A stretch of 64,000 nt of DNA from Octopus vulgaris (taxonomy: Eukaryota), in the NCBI GenBank assembly GCA_951406725.2, contig OX597815.1:211668001-211732000 (forward strand), read 5' to 3'. This document shows positions 24,986 through 38,179 of this stretch, one piece after another. The notes beneath the pieces are model-generated. The model searched no databases. It was not told where the DNA came from and saw nothing but the letters and a program-made list of their open reading frames with translations. The position numbers and the translations under genes were made by a program. The stretch's first letter is position 1; every line of letters begins with the position of its first letter.

Positions 24986-25077
<92 letters not shown>

Positions 25078-25085
25078 TTATATAT

Positions 25086-25331
25086 ATTCTCTTTTACTTG
25101 TTACAGTCATTTGACTGCGGCCATGCTGGAGCACCGCCTTTAGTCGAGCAAATCGACCTAAGACTTATACTTTGTAAGCCTAGTACTTATTCTATCGGGC
25201 TCTTTTGCCGAACCGCTAATGTAACGGGGACGTAAACACACCAGCATCTATTGTCAAGCGATGTTGGTGGGGGACCAATACAGACACACAAACACACACA
25301 CACATATACATACATATACATATATACGACA
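25086..25331 (-). mobile_element. SINE-B 3' half in the opposite orientation
   Basis: CTCTTTTACTTG...GCACCGCCTTTAGTCGAGCAAATCGACC...TATACGACAG. Confidence 0.9.
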
Positions 25332-26328
25332 GTGGCGCAAATGTTGATGTGTTCGGTAAATGTTATTTTTCTGTATTCCCGAATTTTAATCTAGGATCAA
25401 TGTAGGGTCACCCTTTGGTGTAAACTGTTTTTGGTTTGGCCCATGTATTGCTCTCGACACCCTGAGCAAGTTAATACATATATTAGGTTTTCTGAAGCAC
25501 GTATGACGTTGTTTTTCACTGTAAACTGTTGACCTTGATTGAAGGAGGGATCTGTTCAGTTTCAATCACAGATTTTTAAAATTATTTTTTAACTAAACTG
25601 TTTGAAACTTCGTATGCTGGTGTAATTTCTCATACTGAACACGGTCTACTTTCAACATTTTTCATAACATTTCATATGTTAAAGTTGTATTTGGGTAATT
25701 GTAACCAATTAACGACGTGTATTCAGCTGAAGAAAGCTACTGTTGTTTGAGATAGTAATCGAAGAGGAACAACTTTCGGTTCATCTCTACTAATTGTCAC
25801 CACTCTGTTCTATTTTATGTTTGTTTACTGCCTACGTTGCATACTTTAACACGAAATAACTTCTAAACTTCGAAATTTTGTCAAAAATGTTAAAAGTGAA
25901 CCGTGTTCAACGTGAGAAATTACACCAGTATACGAAGTTTCAAAGTGCTTAGTTTTTAAAAAATTAACTAAAAAAATCTATGAGCGAAACTGAACAGGTC
26001 CTGAAGGAGAACTCCAAACCTCAATTATGTTGACGTGTTATACTACAGTTAGGTCTTCCGCGTTTCTTTTTTTTTTACTGACGGTTTCAATAGTGTTGCC
26101 GAGTGTACTGGGACTTGTGTTAGGAGCCTTTTCATTGACTTGGTCTGTCTTTTGCTCTTTTATGATGGTGTGCCTTTGGAGAGTTAGATTTATTCTGTGG
26201 TCCCTTTTTAGTAGAGGAATGTTCTGGAGGATGGTGTCGAAGGCTTCATTGTTAAGAGGGCTGTATGTGGAAGTGTATGGTAGGGCTTTTGGCTGTAAAT
26301 CCCTCTTTAGTTTGGGATGTCTGAGTTC
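25332..26328 (-). mobile_element. Penelope-like retroelement relic (RT-endonuclease linker and GIY-YIG domain) split by a MITE
   Basis: ALPYTSTYSPLNNEAFDTILQNIPLLKRD linker; ENLIYVLTCSG / REQYMGQTKNSLHQRVTLH...EHINIC GIY-YIG-like sequence across a frameshift. Confidence 0.8.
25548..26001. mobile_element. MITE with long imperfect TIRs and 8-bp TSD (Merlin-like)
   Basis: GGATCTGTTCAGTTT...AAACTGAACAGGTCC; TSD TGAAGGAG at 25540-25547 and 26002-26009. Confidence 0.88.
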
Positions 26329-26348
26329 GTGAATGTGTATATATATAT

Positions 26349-26379
<31 letters not shown>

Positions 26380-26771
26380 CACACATATGTATATATATAC
26401 ATATATAGATGGATACATACATGCATACATACATATATACATATACATATATATATATATACATATATGCGTGTAACTTCGACCGTATTTTAACCACGAC
26501 AAAATTTCTACATATGTATGTTTCTATGTATCAGTGCACGTACATATACATGTGTGTGTGTGTGTGAGTGTGTGTTTTTATGTATCCTCATATACTTATA
26601 TTTGTTTCGTTCTTGACAGCCTTGTGTACTATACGGAGCCAAAAAGTTTCAGTATATATCTGCAATTTGGTCACTGACATATTTCAAACAAGCTACGTAA
26701 CTGCTCACGAAGGGTGTATATTGAATTGACGTCATCTTTTTACTTTTACCTTTTCTTAGAAATCGTATAAT

Positions 26772-26888
26772 GTATTATTATTATTATTATTATCATTATT
26801 ATTATTATTACTATTATTACTATTATTATTATTATTATTATTACTATTATTATTATTATTATTATTACTATTATTACTATTATTACTA

Positions 26889-26919
<31 letters not shown>

Positions 26920-26927
26920 TATTATTA
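26772..26927. repeat. (TAT/TAC)n microsatellite
   Basis: Trinucleotide run; explains the poly-N ORF. Confidence 0.95.
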
Positions 26928-28114
26928 AGACGAAATGCGTTGCAGGTCGGAAGGGCGTATTTGAACAAACGTCTTAAGGATTGCCACAAATCACATACTC
27001 TGAAGCAAGAAGTTAACAGTTGAAAATAAATAAATGAACAGATGAATAAAACTATTTTCCTGGCCCAACACTGATGAATGCAACAAACTAACTCAACATC
27101 TTTCATGACATATAGATGACTGAGGGCAAAGAAATGGAAATGGTGGAAACGGTAAAACAAATATAAATACCATTTAAAATATTCGCAAATATACAACGAA
27201 GCCATTTAGAATTTCCTCTACTTGAGTCTATTGGAAATATATTCACGATCTTTCCTACAGAAGTTTAGTACAAGAGGAAAATAACATATTATAGCTATGA
27301 GGTATTTAACGTTTTTGCTATTATTGTATTTACTTGATACTTTTTCTGAAACAAAAATTGTGTTTGCATTATGTTTGTTCGCAGTCAAAGAAAGCTGCTA
27401 CAATGTGGTCATTTTACTTGATACTAAACGATTTGCGACAGATCTGGCTAATATTTTTACGAGCTGCGTTTCTCTCAAATTATACCCCACCGCGGGGATG
27501 ACCAACCTATGGTGCATGCACCAAAAAGTTGTGGTTTGTAAGGCAAGGAATGGTGCATTGCATACTCGTCCTTAATTGGATGTACGATTACTGTTTGATC
27601 CTGTTATGGTAGCCAGCGCCAGTCCATCACAATCTTTTCACAGTCAATTTACACTTGAGACTCTTAAACTACATAGATATGATCTGAATATTTCTTGTAA
27701 TATTTGCGGGTTAGTAATTTTTATCAGAAATTAAGTTCGAATATTTTTCATCTGCAAAAGAAAATTAGCCAAAAATTAGCAGAAAGTGATACTAAGCATA
27801 AATTCAAAGATAATAGTTATATGTCTCTCACATAATAGAAGACTTAATCTTAATAGATATTACATAACATAAAAATTGTCTAAAAATAGAAAGCTGAAGT
27901 TAGTGCTTACGTCTGAGTTACAGACAGAATACATGATTGAAAAGAAAAGAAATAAATAAAAACACAGATATACGAGTTAAATGAAATTCTGAAAGAATAT
28001 GAAAGAAGCCATCCAATAAATTGCTTTAATGCCGTCTAAATAATGAAGGCTTTTCTATGACGGAAAATTAATTGTTTGCCTTTGTCTCCTAATATTTGCA
28101 AGATGTCTTCGCAA

Positions 28115-28503
28115 TCTATATATATAAAGCTGAAGTTGTCTGTGTGTGGCAGGTTTGGTAGCCTTCAAATAACACTATCTCCCCTGAGACCCTACGGCGC
28201 AAGTCGACCAAAATTGAGAGTATGATAGAATGCTTACTCGTCATTCCGTAGAAGATAAAATTCAAATTGGACCATGTTAACACCAAAAATTATATACATC
28301 AAAAAGGTGCTTTTTTTGCTATGAAAATCCCTATCTTTTACGATTTTTGTGACTGCTGTGTCGCCATTTTTCGGTGTATTTCAACCAGAAAAATGTTCAC
28401 TTAAAGAGAATAACGAGCTATATAATGCAAAAGTTTTACTTTTCAAAAATTCCAATTCTAAAGCGTCGAAAAAAACCCGAGCAACGCTGGGCGATACTGC
28501 TAG
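28115..28503 (+). mobile_element. Complete non-autonomous Helitron
   Basis: A|TCTATATATATAAA...CCCGAGCAACGCTGGG hairpin...CTAG|T; inserted between A and T with no TSD. Confidence 0.88.
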
Positions 28504-28794
28504 TAAAAAATATAGAAAGGAAAGTATAAGAACCTCCAATGTTAAGGGATGAATCCAGGAGCTATCATGTCATGGAAAACCTTTTTCATTCGTGCACTTT
28601 GTTTTCTTTACTTTTAGACGAATATAAAGGTATATGTGATATAGAGCAGTTAAGGAATGTCATAAGAGGAATTGAGGATAATGGTAGCGACCGGTTGGTC
28701 TTAAATCACTTCACAAAAAATGAGAATCAGATATATTTTACAAAGTTTGGAAACTCTACAAGTAAATTTTAGTAAATCCATCAGTATTTGTATT

Positions 28795-29040
28795 GAGGGA
28801 GCTCCGTTGCGAGAACGACATTGCTTAGGAGAGGGACTTTCTCCGTCCGGGTTGCGGATCCGTGGAATAAGCTGCCGGACGAGATAGTGAAGATGCCGAC
28901 GACCGCTCGGTTCAAAGTCTCCCTTGACCACAAGTGGCCTGAACTTTTTACATGAACACCACCCTGTACATAAATCCATGTCCCCCTACATGGCCTTGCT
29001 TTTTGCTTTTTGAACCAAAAAATTTAACTAACTAACTAAT
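28795..29040 (+). mobile_element. CR1 LINE 3' end
   Basis: FSVRVADPWNKLPDEIVKMPTTARFKVSLDHKW; (TAAC)n tail. Confidence 0.88.
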
Positions 29041-29774
29041 TAGTACCATTTTAAATCATCCCCAATTAAAATATCAGTGCATCATAAGCAGAGTTATACG
29101 AAGAAAGCTTAAGCTTGTCGGATATTGTGTTCATAATTTTTCAAAGCGTGAATAAAGTTGAAGCCACAGTAGTTAACCGACTAGAATTCAAAGAATATTG
29201 CGAAATGTTGAGTTTCCACTGTGGTAGACTTGTTCTCCATTGTTAGATGATCTGGCTTTCCTGAGAACAGGTATTGAGTAGATTTCGTAAAATGCAAAAA
29301 AAAATAGTGCTCATTATTTTAGGAATAACAAAATGAGCAGTACGGGGAAAGAGACTGATAACTGGCCATTTGATTTAGCATATTTCATTGAGATGACAGC
29401 CAATCCTGTGAATAGTTTCCAAAACTAAAAAAATTTACTCAAGAGTTACATCAATCGCTTTGTAACTGCATACAGATGTGAAATAATGAATAATTTTCCT
29501 TCAAGAAAATGTTTAAAAGGCGACCATTGACTGGTTCAAGTTTTCTAATTTCAGTAATTTAAGTTGAAATTAAAACGGACTTATAAATCTACTTAATGTA
29601 CCAAATATTTACATGTTTTGTTTGTATATCCAATTACAATATAGTGAAAATGCTGCTAAAGACTTGGTCTGTTTGAACAGTGAGTAAAACATTTCCCTCT
29701 GTCGCCCTATATTCCAATCTGAAGCAAACACGAGATCCGTAGACAAATCCTGTAGTAGAAATATTTAAAAGAAG

Positions 29775-30161
29775 TTTATCTTTTACTTGTCTTAGATATT
29801 AGACAGCGGCTACGCTGGAGCACCGCCTTGGAGGGCTTCTTTTTATTTACTAGAAAGAGACGAACTAAGTACTAATCTTTTTACAGATCGGTACACTTTA
29901 TATCGGTTTCTTTTGCCGAATCGCTATGTTACGGGGAGTTAAGCAAACCATAACCGGTTGTCAAGTGGTAGGTTGGGGTGGAGGAACATATATACAAATA
30001 TAAACACAAAGACATATTTTAAGCCTATATCTATATATATATATATATATATATATATCTATATATATATATATATATACACATTTTATTGTATCCCTGG
30101 TTTTTATGTGCTAAGCTAATTGGTGTTAAATTAATATCCAATTTTTTCACCCTTATTTTTG

Positions 30162-30198
<37 letters not shown>

Positions 30199-30345
30199 AC
30201 ACACACATACGTCTAAGTCCCCTCGCAAGGTCTTAGTCGACCCGGGACTATATAAGAAGACATTGCCCAAACTACCACACAGTAGGACTGAGCCCGAGAT
30301 CATGGGGTTGATTGTGAAGCGAACGTCTCACCAGTCAGCCACACC
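29775..30345 (-). mobile_element. Degenerate SINE-B halves separated by TA microsatellites
   Basis: GCTGGAGCACCGCCTT 3' half and GAAGACATTGCCCAA...CAGCCACACC 5' half. Confidence 0.75.
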
Positions 30346-30839
30346 AGCGAAATCTTTTCTAAATTTTAGTGCTTCTTGTGAACTCTGCTGAAGAAATCTT
30401 CTTCGGGTAAGGTTGTACAATACGTTATCATATAACTCCAACACGTTATCTCACTTGTATGTAATCACGCTGTTTCACTATCACATTTCTCTATTATACC
30501 TTTCTTGATATTTGTAATTGGTAATTATCTTAAAGCCTTATTATTTTCTTCTCGTTATTGTACTTGTATGACATTGGTACCAAAATCTAAGTGTTTGTTA
30601 TCTGCAATCCCACATTCTCCCATACTCGCCGCCTCCCACTATTTCTCCTTTTCACTCTCCTTCCTTTCTTATTGCTCTTTCTACCTCACTCCTTCCCCAC
30701 CCTCATAAATATCCCGATCGACCGAACCCTTTCTATACGTATGCATTTTTCTACGTGTCACTAGTTTTTATCATAAACTAAAGTTTAATCTTAAACTCTC
30801 CCCACTCTCCTCCTCTCTCTCTCTCACTCTCTTTCTGTC

Positions 30840-30885
<46 letters not shown>

Positions 30886-31085
30886 CGTGCATTAACATAT
30901 ATAGGTGTGTGTGTATGTTTACATGTGTGTGTGCATATATGCAAGTGTATATTTATACATATATGCATACATATGTATATATGCATTATATATATATATA
31001 TACATATACATACATACATATGTATACATAAATACATATACATACATAAATATATATATGTATACATAAATACATATACATACAT

Positions 31086-31179
<94 letters not shown>

Positions 31180-31504
31180 TATACTAAAACTCAAAGTTTG
31201 TGTTTTCCTGTCATTTGATCAAGATGATAAAGCTTACAATTAAAATAGTCATTTCCCCCTTTAAGAATAAAAAAAAATCAAGTTGAAAATATCGACACTT
31301 CAGAGAGTCGTGTCAGCAACCGCCGTCAGCCATTTCTCTTACTTTATTTTTTCTTCCTTTAATCATTTATACAACTTTTAGAGGGCCGTAGACTGGAAAG
31401 ATAGAAATTCTCCCTGTATTTTAAAGGGATTTTATTGAATCACGAGTACTTGATTTTTTTCTTCCTTAAAGGGGAAAATTATTATTTTATTTAAAATAGT
31501 GTGT

Positions 31505-32302
31505 TACATTATAAGGCACAAAAAGAAAATGACTCTCTCCAGATACAACAGAATATGCTTCAACACACGAACTCATAGAAAGAATCTTGCAAACCAAATC
31601 CAAAAACGAAATAATCTTTATCGTTTTAATCAAAAAGCAGAATAACAGAGACTATCTCTTTATAGACGAAGATCAATTGCAATGGAAGGAGCTGAATCTA
31701 ATAAGAATGGAAAAACAAACAACAAATCGGTTGTCCTTTATAATGAAACTCTTTTAAGAACATTTAACTGCCACTGCAACAATGAAATCGTTGCCTCAAT
31801 GAGGTTACGTAAGTCATCAAGTACACGCTGAACGGAAATGATCAAGTTACTGTTCTAATAAACAACGTTAACGAAAGTAGTCAATATCTAATGGGTAGAT
31901 ATATTGGACCATCCGAAGTAGTTGCATCCATTTTAAGATTTTCAATTCATGAAAGAGCACCTAAAATAGTAAGACTGCATGTTCACCTACCAGATGAACA
32001 AAGGATATTGCTCAGAAATAAGGAGGATGTATATGGCTTCAAAGGTTGACATATGAAAATAATATTGACAGATTCCTTTCATTGTGCATCAATGATGACT
32101 TTGCAAAAACATTACTTTATGCTGAAATACCCATGTATTTCACTCGGAACAGTAGTAACAAAGAATGGTAGAGAAGAAAGCGAGAAAAAAGTTGAAGGCC
32201 ATTTGAACGTTTTCAAAGAAAAAATAAATGGTCGTGTTTATGTTATCACACCAAAGCAGGAGAACTCTTAATATTTAAGAATTTTATTGCATGAAATTCG
32301 AA
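31505..32302 (+). pseudogene. Helitron Rep-region relic
   Basis: YNETLLRTFNCHCNNEIV; QYLMGRYIGPSEVVASILRFSIHERAPKIVRLHVHLPDEQRI; GRVYVITPKQENS*YLRILLHEIR. Confidence 0.85.
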
Positions 32303-32720
32303 ATAGTGTTTTTGTTCTTTCCCGTTGCGCACCGACATTTTCAGCTTGGAGTGTTTGTGACCCAACGTGTCACGGCGGGTACATCTGGTATATATAGTGT
32401 GTATGTGTGGCTACGGTGTGGCACCACCTTGAAGGGTCTAGTTGAAGAAATTGATCGCAGGATTAATTTAAAATCTGGGTCGTTGGGACCTCTCAAGCCA
32501 ACATGGCTTGTTAAGCGATGTGAGGAAAACACCTTTTTGGGGCCTTTACAATAGCGTGTACTCGCAGCCAACCACATGCTTGGACGAGGATTCATTGCTT
32601 CTGATATAAGAAAATGCGAATAAAGCATTCACTGAAGTTATGCATGACCACCTGTCTGATTAAATGGCTAGTATACGCACTCGAGGCTTTATTTATTAAA
32701 ATTATTTTAAAAGAACGGTA

Positions 32721-32882
32721 GCAGGAGTGGCTGTGTGGTAAGTAGCTTGCTAACCAACCACATGGTTCCGGGTTCTGTCCCACTGCGTGGCATCTTGGGC
32801 AAGTGTCTTCTGCTATAGCCCCGGGCCGACCAATGCCTTGTGAGTGGATTTGGTAGACGGAAACTGAAAGAAGCCTGTCGTA

Positions 32883-32933
<51 letters not shown>

Positions 32934-33161
32934 GTGTGTTTGTGTGTCTGTTTTTGTCCCCCTAGCATTGCTTGACAACCGATGCTGGTGTGTTTACGTC
33001 CCCGTAACTTAGCGGTTCGGCAAAAAGAGACCGATAGAATAAGTACTGGGCTTACAAAAAGAATAAGTCCCGAGGTCGATTTGCTCGACTAAAGGCGGTG
33101 CTCCAGCATGGCCGCAGTCAAATGACTGAAACAAGTAAAAGAGAGTAAAAGAGTAAAGAGT
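32721..33161 (+). mobile_element. Full-length, young SINE-B
   Basis: GCAGGAGTGGCTGTGTGGTAAG head, internal (TA)(TG)n, GTAAAAGA-type tail repeats. Confidence 0.95.
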
Positions 33162-33304
33162 ATGATGTGATGATATTTCCAGCATGCTCTTCTCGTTGTT
33201 TCCTGTTTCAGAGAGGATTCACTCGGATTTATTAGATTTATTAAATGTGGCTCGCTAATGATATTACGATATGAAAAGATGTTTTAGAGGAGCATATAAT
33301 AATT

Positions 33305-33890
33305 GTTATAAATTTTGGCACGATGTCAGCAGATTTAGTGGAAGAGGTTAATCGATTTCATCGATCCAGTATTTGATTAGTACTTTATTTTCTCGACTCC
33401 GAAAGGATGAAAAGTAAAGTTGACCTTGGCGGGATTTTAACTCAGTACATGAATAGTCAGAAGAAATGCTGCTCAGCATTTTGACCCACGCGCTAACGAC
33501 TCGCTCAGCTCACCGTCATAGAGAAGGTTATAATAATGGCTTCAAATTTTGACAGAAGCCCAGCAATTTCAAGAGAGGGAGAGAGAGTAAGTGGATTACA
33601 TCAACCCTATTCCTCAACTGGTATTTATTTTATGACCTCGAAAGGATGAAAAGCAAAGTCGATCCTAGTGCATTTGAACTCAGAATGTAAAAACGATGAG
33701 CCAACAGCTCGACCATCTTAGAGGAGCTTATAATAAGAGGAGGAGTTTAATCGAATCCATCAATTCGAGTATTTTGACTGGTATTTTCTTTTATCGACCC
33801 TCGGCGGGATTTTGATCTTAGAACATAGAGAACCAGAAAATATACCGCAAGGCATTTCTTTCCGACGTTCAAACGATTCTGCTACTCCAA
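33305..33890 (-). mobile_element. Three tandem degenerate SINE-A copies
   Basis: Repeated GAAAGGATGAAAAG / GACC..GGCGGGATTTT cores. Confidence 0.8.
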
Positions 33891-35171
33891 CGCCATCGTG
33901 AAATAACGAAGTTAGATAAATGTGTCTTTTTGAGGAACCGGGCATTAGTGACATAGATTAGTTGCAATCTGAAATCGAGCCGAGTCACTGTTCGATTTCC
34001 GCTCAGTGGGAGGTTTCGCCCTGACATATTTAGTTTGCTATGTTGACCATAATTTCCTGTATTCGGAAATTAAATGTATCATCATGTTCATTACTATCAT
34101 TATCATCATCATTTTTGTTGTCAACAATATTATGAGAAATACCACCATTATGAATCATTTGGGAACCTCTGCGCAGTGATGCTACAAATAACAGCCAAAT
34201 CTCCCTACCTCATAACTTTCCATGATTTGTTTTTTTTAAAGATTATGTTGAACAAGATATCCTTTGATACAAAATGCAGTGCCTTTGATCGTAGTTTTCA
34301 ATTCCAGGTTTCGATTCCAATTATATATTTTAATAATAACTCCAGCTAGGCAGAAAAGGCGCTTGTGGCTTTTCAATAGGTCTTATTAGTCAAAATTCCC
34401 TTGCATTTTCTCTGGATTACAGACTGATAGATCAAACGAGAAACAGAGTTTCTAGTGACGATGCTTTATTCTTCCACTGTTATGCAGAGTAATTAAAATA
34501 AAAATGATGTCCTCGCGTTTATGCGTGAATATTTCTGCATCATCTGAGTCGTGCAAAATCTTTGCTGGGAAGCCTTTTAAGATTTTGTATCTTACTTCGT
34601 TCATTTCCTCAAAGAGTGGAACAGAAATTGCACCTTTCTCATCCGTACAAGATGCAGAACAGAAAATTCCTCCACATTCTCCTGTTGTCATGAAATGGTT
34701 GGGGGACAAACGTAACCACAAAAACACATACACATAAATACATATGTGTATGTGTGCGTGCGATTGTGTGTGCGTGCGTGTGTGCGTGCGTGTCTGTATG
34801 CGTGTACAATGGACTTCCATACAGCTTCCGTCAGCCAAATATACTCACAAAATATTTGGTCAGTCTGGGGCTACTGTAGAAGTCACTTGCCGCGAAGTGG
34901 AACTCAATATCCAAAATCACGTGACTAAGTACAAGGCTTACAAAGAATAAGTCCTGTAAATTTTCATTGAACTCTTTTGTGATGTTGACTAGATTCAGTT
35001 GAATTTAGATGTATCTTGTTGAGTTCTTGCGTGTCTTATATCCATACATACATTTTTATGTATCAAAATATGTATGTCTACATGTGTTTATGATCTCTTA
35101 TGCGTGCATGAACATCATGTATACTTTATGTGTATCTTGTTGATTGTGTTATTTGGCGCCAAGTCAGCCTC

Positions 35172-35596
35172 GAACGTGCAAACCTATTTCTTTACCACCC
35201 ACAAGGGGCTAAGCACAGAGAGGACAAACAAGGACAGACAAACGGATTAAGTCGATTACGTCGACCCCAGTGCATAACTGGTACTTATTTAATCAATCCC
35301 GAAAGGATGAAAGGCAAAGTAGACCTCGGCGGAATTTGAACTCAGAATAGAACGTGCAAACCTATTTCTTTACCACCCACAAGGGGCTAAGCACAGAGAG
35401 GACAAACAAGGACAGATAAACGGATTAAGTCGATTACGTCGACCCCAGTGCGTAACTGGTACTTATTTAATCGATCCCGAAAGGATGAAAGGCAAAGTCG
35501 ACCTCGGTGGAATTTGAACTCAGAACGTAACGGCAGACGAAATACTGCAAAGCATTTCTCCCGGCGTGCTAACGTTTCTGCCAGCTCGCCGCCCTT
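35172..35596 (-). mobile_element. Young SINE-A with a 178-bp tandem duplication of its 3' part plus flank
   Basis: GAACGTGCAAACCTATTTCTTTACCACCC starts at both 35172 and 35350. Confidence 0.92.
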
Positions 35597-36583
35597 TGAA
35601 CGTAAAAACCTATGGCCAAAATAATGACCATCACGCTTTTTTTCGAAAAACATTCTCTACTCTAGCGTCCATTGTTTCCTTTTTTTATTTAGAAGGTGGA
35701 GATTTAGCTGCTATTTCTGCCATAGACCCTTTTATTGTTTTGTGATTGGTAAAACCACTAGGTAACACTCGAGCAGTCTTTCCAGCTATGACTATCCAGT
35801 CGATTGTATAAACGCTGCGCCTTCATTTTTAAGGATAGTAAGCGTGAATTAAGAGAGATTTGGTTGTTATTTCTTGAACGTCATTTGACTTCATAGAGGT
35901 TCACATGTTGTCTCACTTTCTGGGTGGTAGATTACACAGATAGTTTGTGTGGTGATATTCCAGTTGTGACCATCATGGCTTTTTTTGGCATATTTAGGAT
36001 TACATTAACTCTTAGTTCTAATTTTTTTAGACTATATGGTGTAATTTGAGGGAATTTAGCTACTATTTCTAACATACTATGTAATTTAAAGAGGCTCTTA
36101 TTAATTAATAAAAAACCTAATCTGCAGCCCATTTTAACACCCCTAATTAGCCTTTACATGCCTTCAGTGACGTGTATTGCGCCACAACAGTTCGGATCTT
36201 GTCCCCGGTTTGGCGATGTCAAGATATCCTCTGGGGTTATTTCCTATTTTAACATCCTATGAATTGTAGTTTTTTCTCCTTTCCACCTTCTCCCCCTACC
36301 ACTCCGTCTCAGCAGCTCTGCAGAAGGTCACGGGTACTGCACTTCCTCTTCTGACTAAGGCATAAAATAGGGAGTAAATGACTTGCAGTATTCAATTACG
36401 TCCCTTTTCATTCCGAGTTGGTTGAAATAAAAAAAGAGGATCACATATTCCTTTCATCCCTCGGGCGTATAATTGCCACCAATACACACACTACATCTAT
36501 GCATATACATGTATGTACAAATGTTTGTATGTATGTATGCATGTATATGTGTGTGTGTACGTGCGTGTGTGTATGTGCGTGTG

Positions 36584-36628
<45 letters not shown>

Positions 36629-36802
36629 GTTGTATGAAAAGGTTAATCGAAAGCATTCACACACTAAGGAAAAAACTTCTTGGAAAAAAGGTTCGTAACA
36701 TCCTGATAGAATATCTTGTACCTTTTTTTTAAATGATTGTTTTTAAAGTCTTCTTTATACTTGAAAAAAATGTAGTAAGTAATTTTTCACACAGACATTC
36801 AA

Positions 36803-36858
<56 letters not shown>

Positions 36859-36959
36859 CCAGATGTTAGCCAACTTGTGCTAACACGCTGTAACAAAGAC
36901 ACTTTGACACTTTCAGACAAAAGGAGCGGCAACCCCAGAGTTAAACACAATTCATGATC

Positions 36960-37258
36960 TGGGAATTGATATGAGAAACGATGTTTCGTTTGATGTACAT
37001 ACCACCAAAAGGATGATGATATGCAGAGGAACTTTCGGAACAAGGGATCAAGAAACTATGCTGGCCCTATGGAGGACACTTATCCTCACCCGTCTGGACT
37101 ACTGTTCTCTACTATGGTCTCCACACAGGGTGAATTTAATTATGGGACACGAGGCAGCTAAGCGATGCTACACGAAAAAGATTGCATCAATGAAACAAAT
37201 GGAGAAACGAAAGAATTATGATACTACTTCCTGGAACAATAACAGGAAAGATAGGCAC
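36960..37258 (+). mobile_element. CR1-group LINE fragment
   Basis: TFGTRDQETMLALWRTLILTRLDYCSLLWSPH...KRCYTKKI. Confidence 0.85.
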
Positions 37259-37280
37259 TGATATATATATATATAAGTGC

Positions 37281-37440
37281 AAGCCTTGTCACATCCTGTG
37301 TCACGCTGAATCACCCTGAGAACAACGTTCAGGGAAGGCGTGTCTGTGGAGTACTCAGCCACTTGCCCTTTAATTTCATGAGCTGGTTGCTCTGTTCATC
37401 GGATCAACTGGAACCCTTGTTGTCGTAACCGACGGAGTGA
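37281..37440 (+). mobile_element. Solo SINE tail X
   Basis: GCCTTGTCACA...GGATCAACTGGAACCCT...GTAACCGACGGAGT as in 49980-50137. Confidence 0.85.
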
Positions 37441-37509
37441 CATTTACACATACACACATGCATACACACATACATGAACGTGTGTGTGAGTGTGTGCGCG
37501 CGCGCGTTT

Positions 37510-37642
37510 CTATTATTAATTCATTCGAGGAAAAGTTTAACAGTAATTTCGAAGCTTTAACTCATCCGACGGTCGGTGGCGGCTGGTAGAAGAAACTTCG
37601 AAATTACAGCCAACGTTTTCATTGCAATCAATTAATTAATAG
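37510..37642. mobile_element. Degenerate palindromic element with a hammerhead-like core
   Basis: GTAATTTCGAAG / CTTCGAAATTAC symmetry plus imperfect outer arms. Confidence 0.6.
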
Positions 37643-37729
37643 CTTCGATTAATGCGATCCTTTAGTTTTACGTGAAATTCATCTTATTTACAACTACCCT
37701 CAAGAACAAACATTTATACACACGCACTC

Positions 37730-37786
<57 letters not shown>

Positions 37787-38179
37787 AAGAGACAGAGAAA
37801 GAAAGCGGGAGAAGGATATATATATAATTTGTTTTAACTAACCAGACGATTTCCGATTTGACAGCATTAGTTTTAGATTCGAAATCTTGTTTGTGATATT
37901 TCTTATAAACGATTCCTAATTAGCTATCAGTAGTCTATCATCAAAATTAACCTTATCATTTATAAGCTTGGCTCCTCTGTTAATGTTAATATTAAAAAGC
38001 TACGGGCTAGCGTTCATGTAACTTTGTGTTGTGTAATTGCTGAGCGCCATTGTTAATGTACGCAATAATCTAACAACTCATAAAGCTGTTTACTCTTATC
38101 TTAGAAAACTATTAATTTCTTATTGTCTGCAAAGAGTTCGGGTGGAAAAGGTTAAAAGATTTAAGAAATTCGAGGTTTG

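Larger units (their letters stand above)
27490..29560 (+). mobile_element. Decayed hAT (Charlie/SPIN-like) transposon with nested insertions
   Basis: Terminus-like GGGGATGACCAACCTATGG; FSLLLDEYKGICDIEQLRNVIRGI resembles FSIALDESTDITDTAQLAIFIRGV; LVLHC*MIWLS*EQVLSRF resembles LLYHTEVRWLSRGKVLKRF. Confidence 0.7.
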
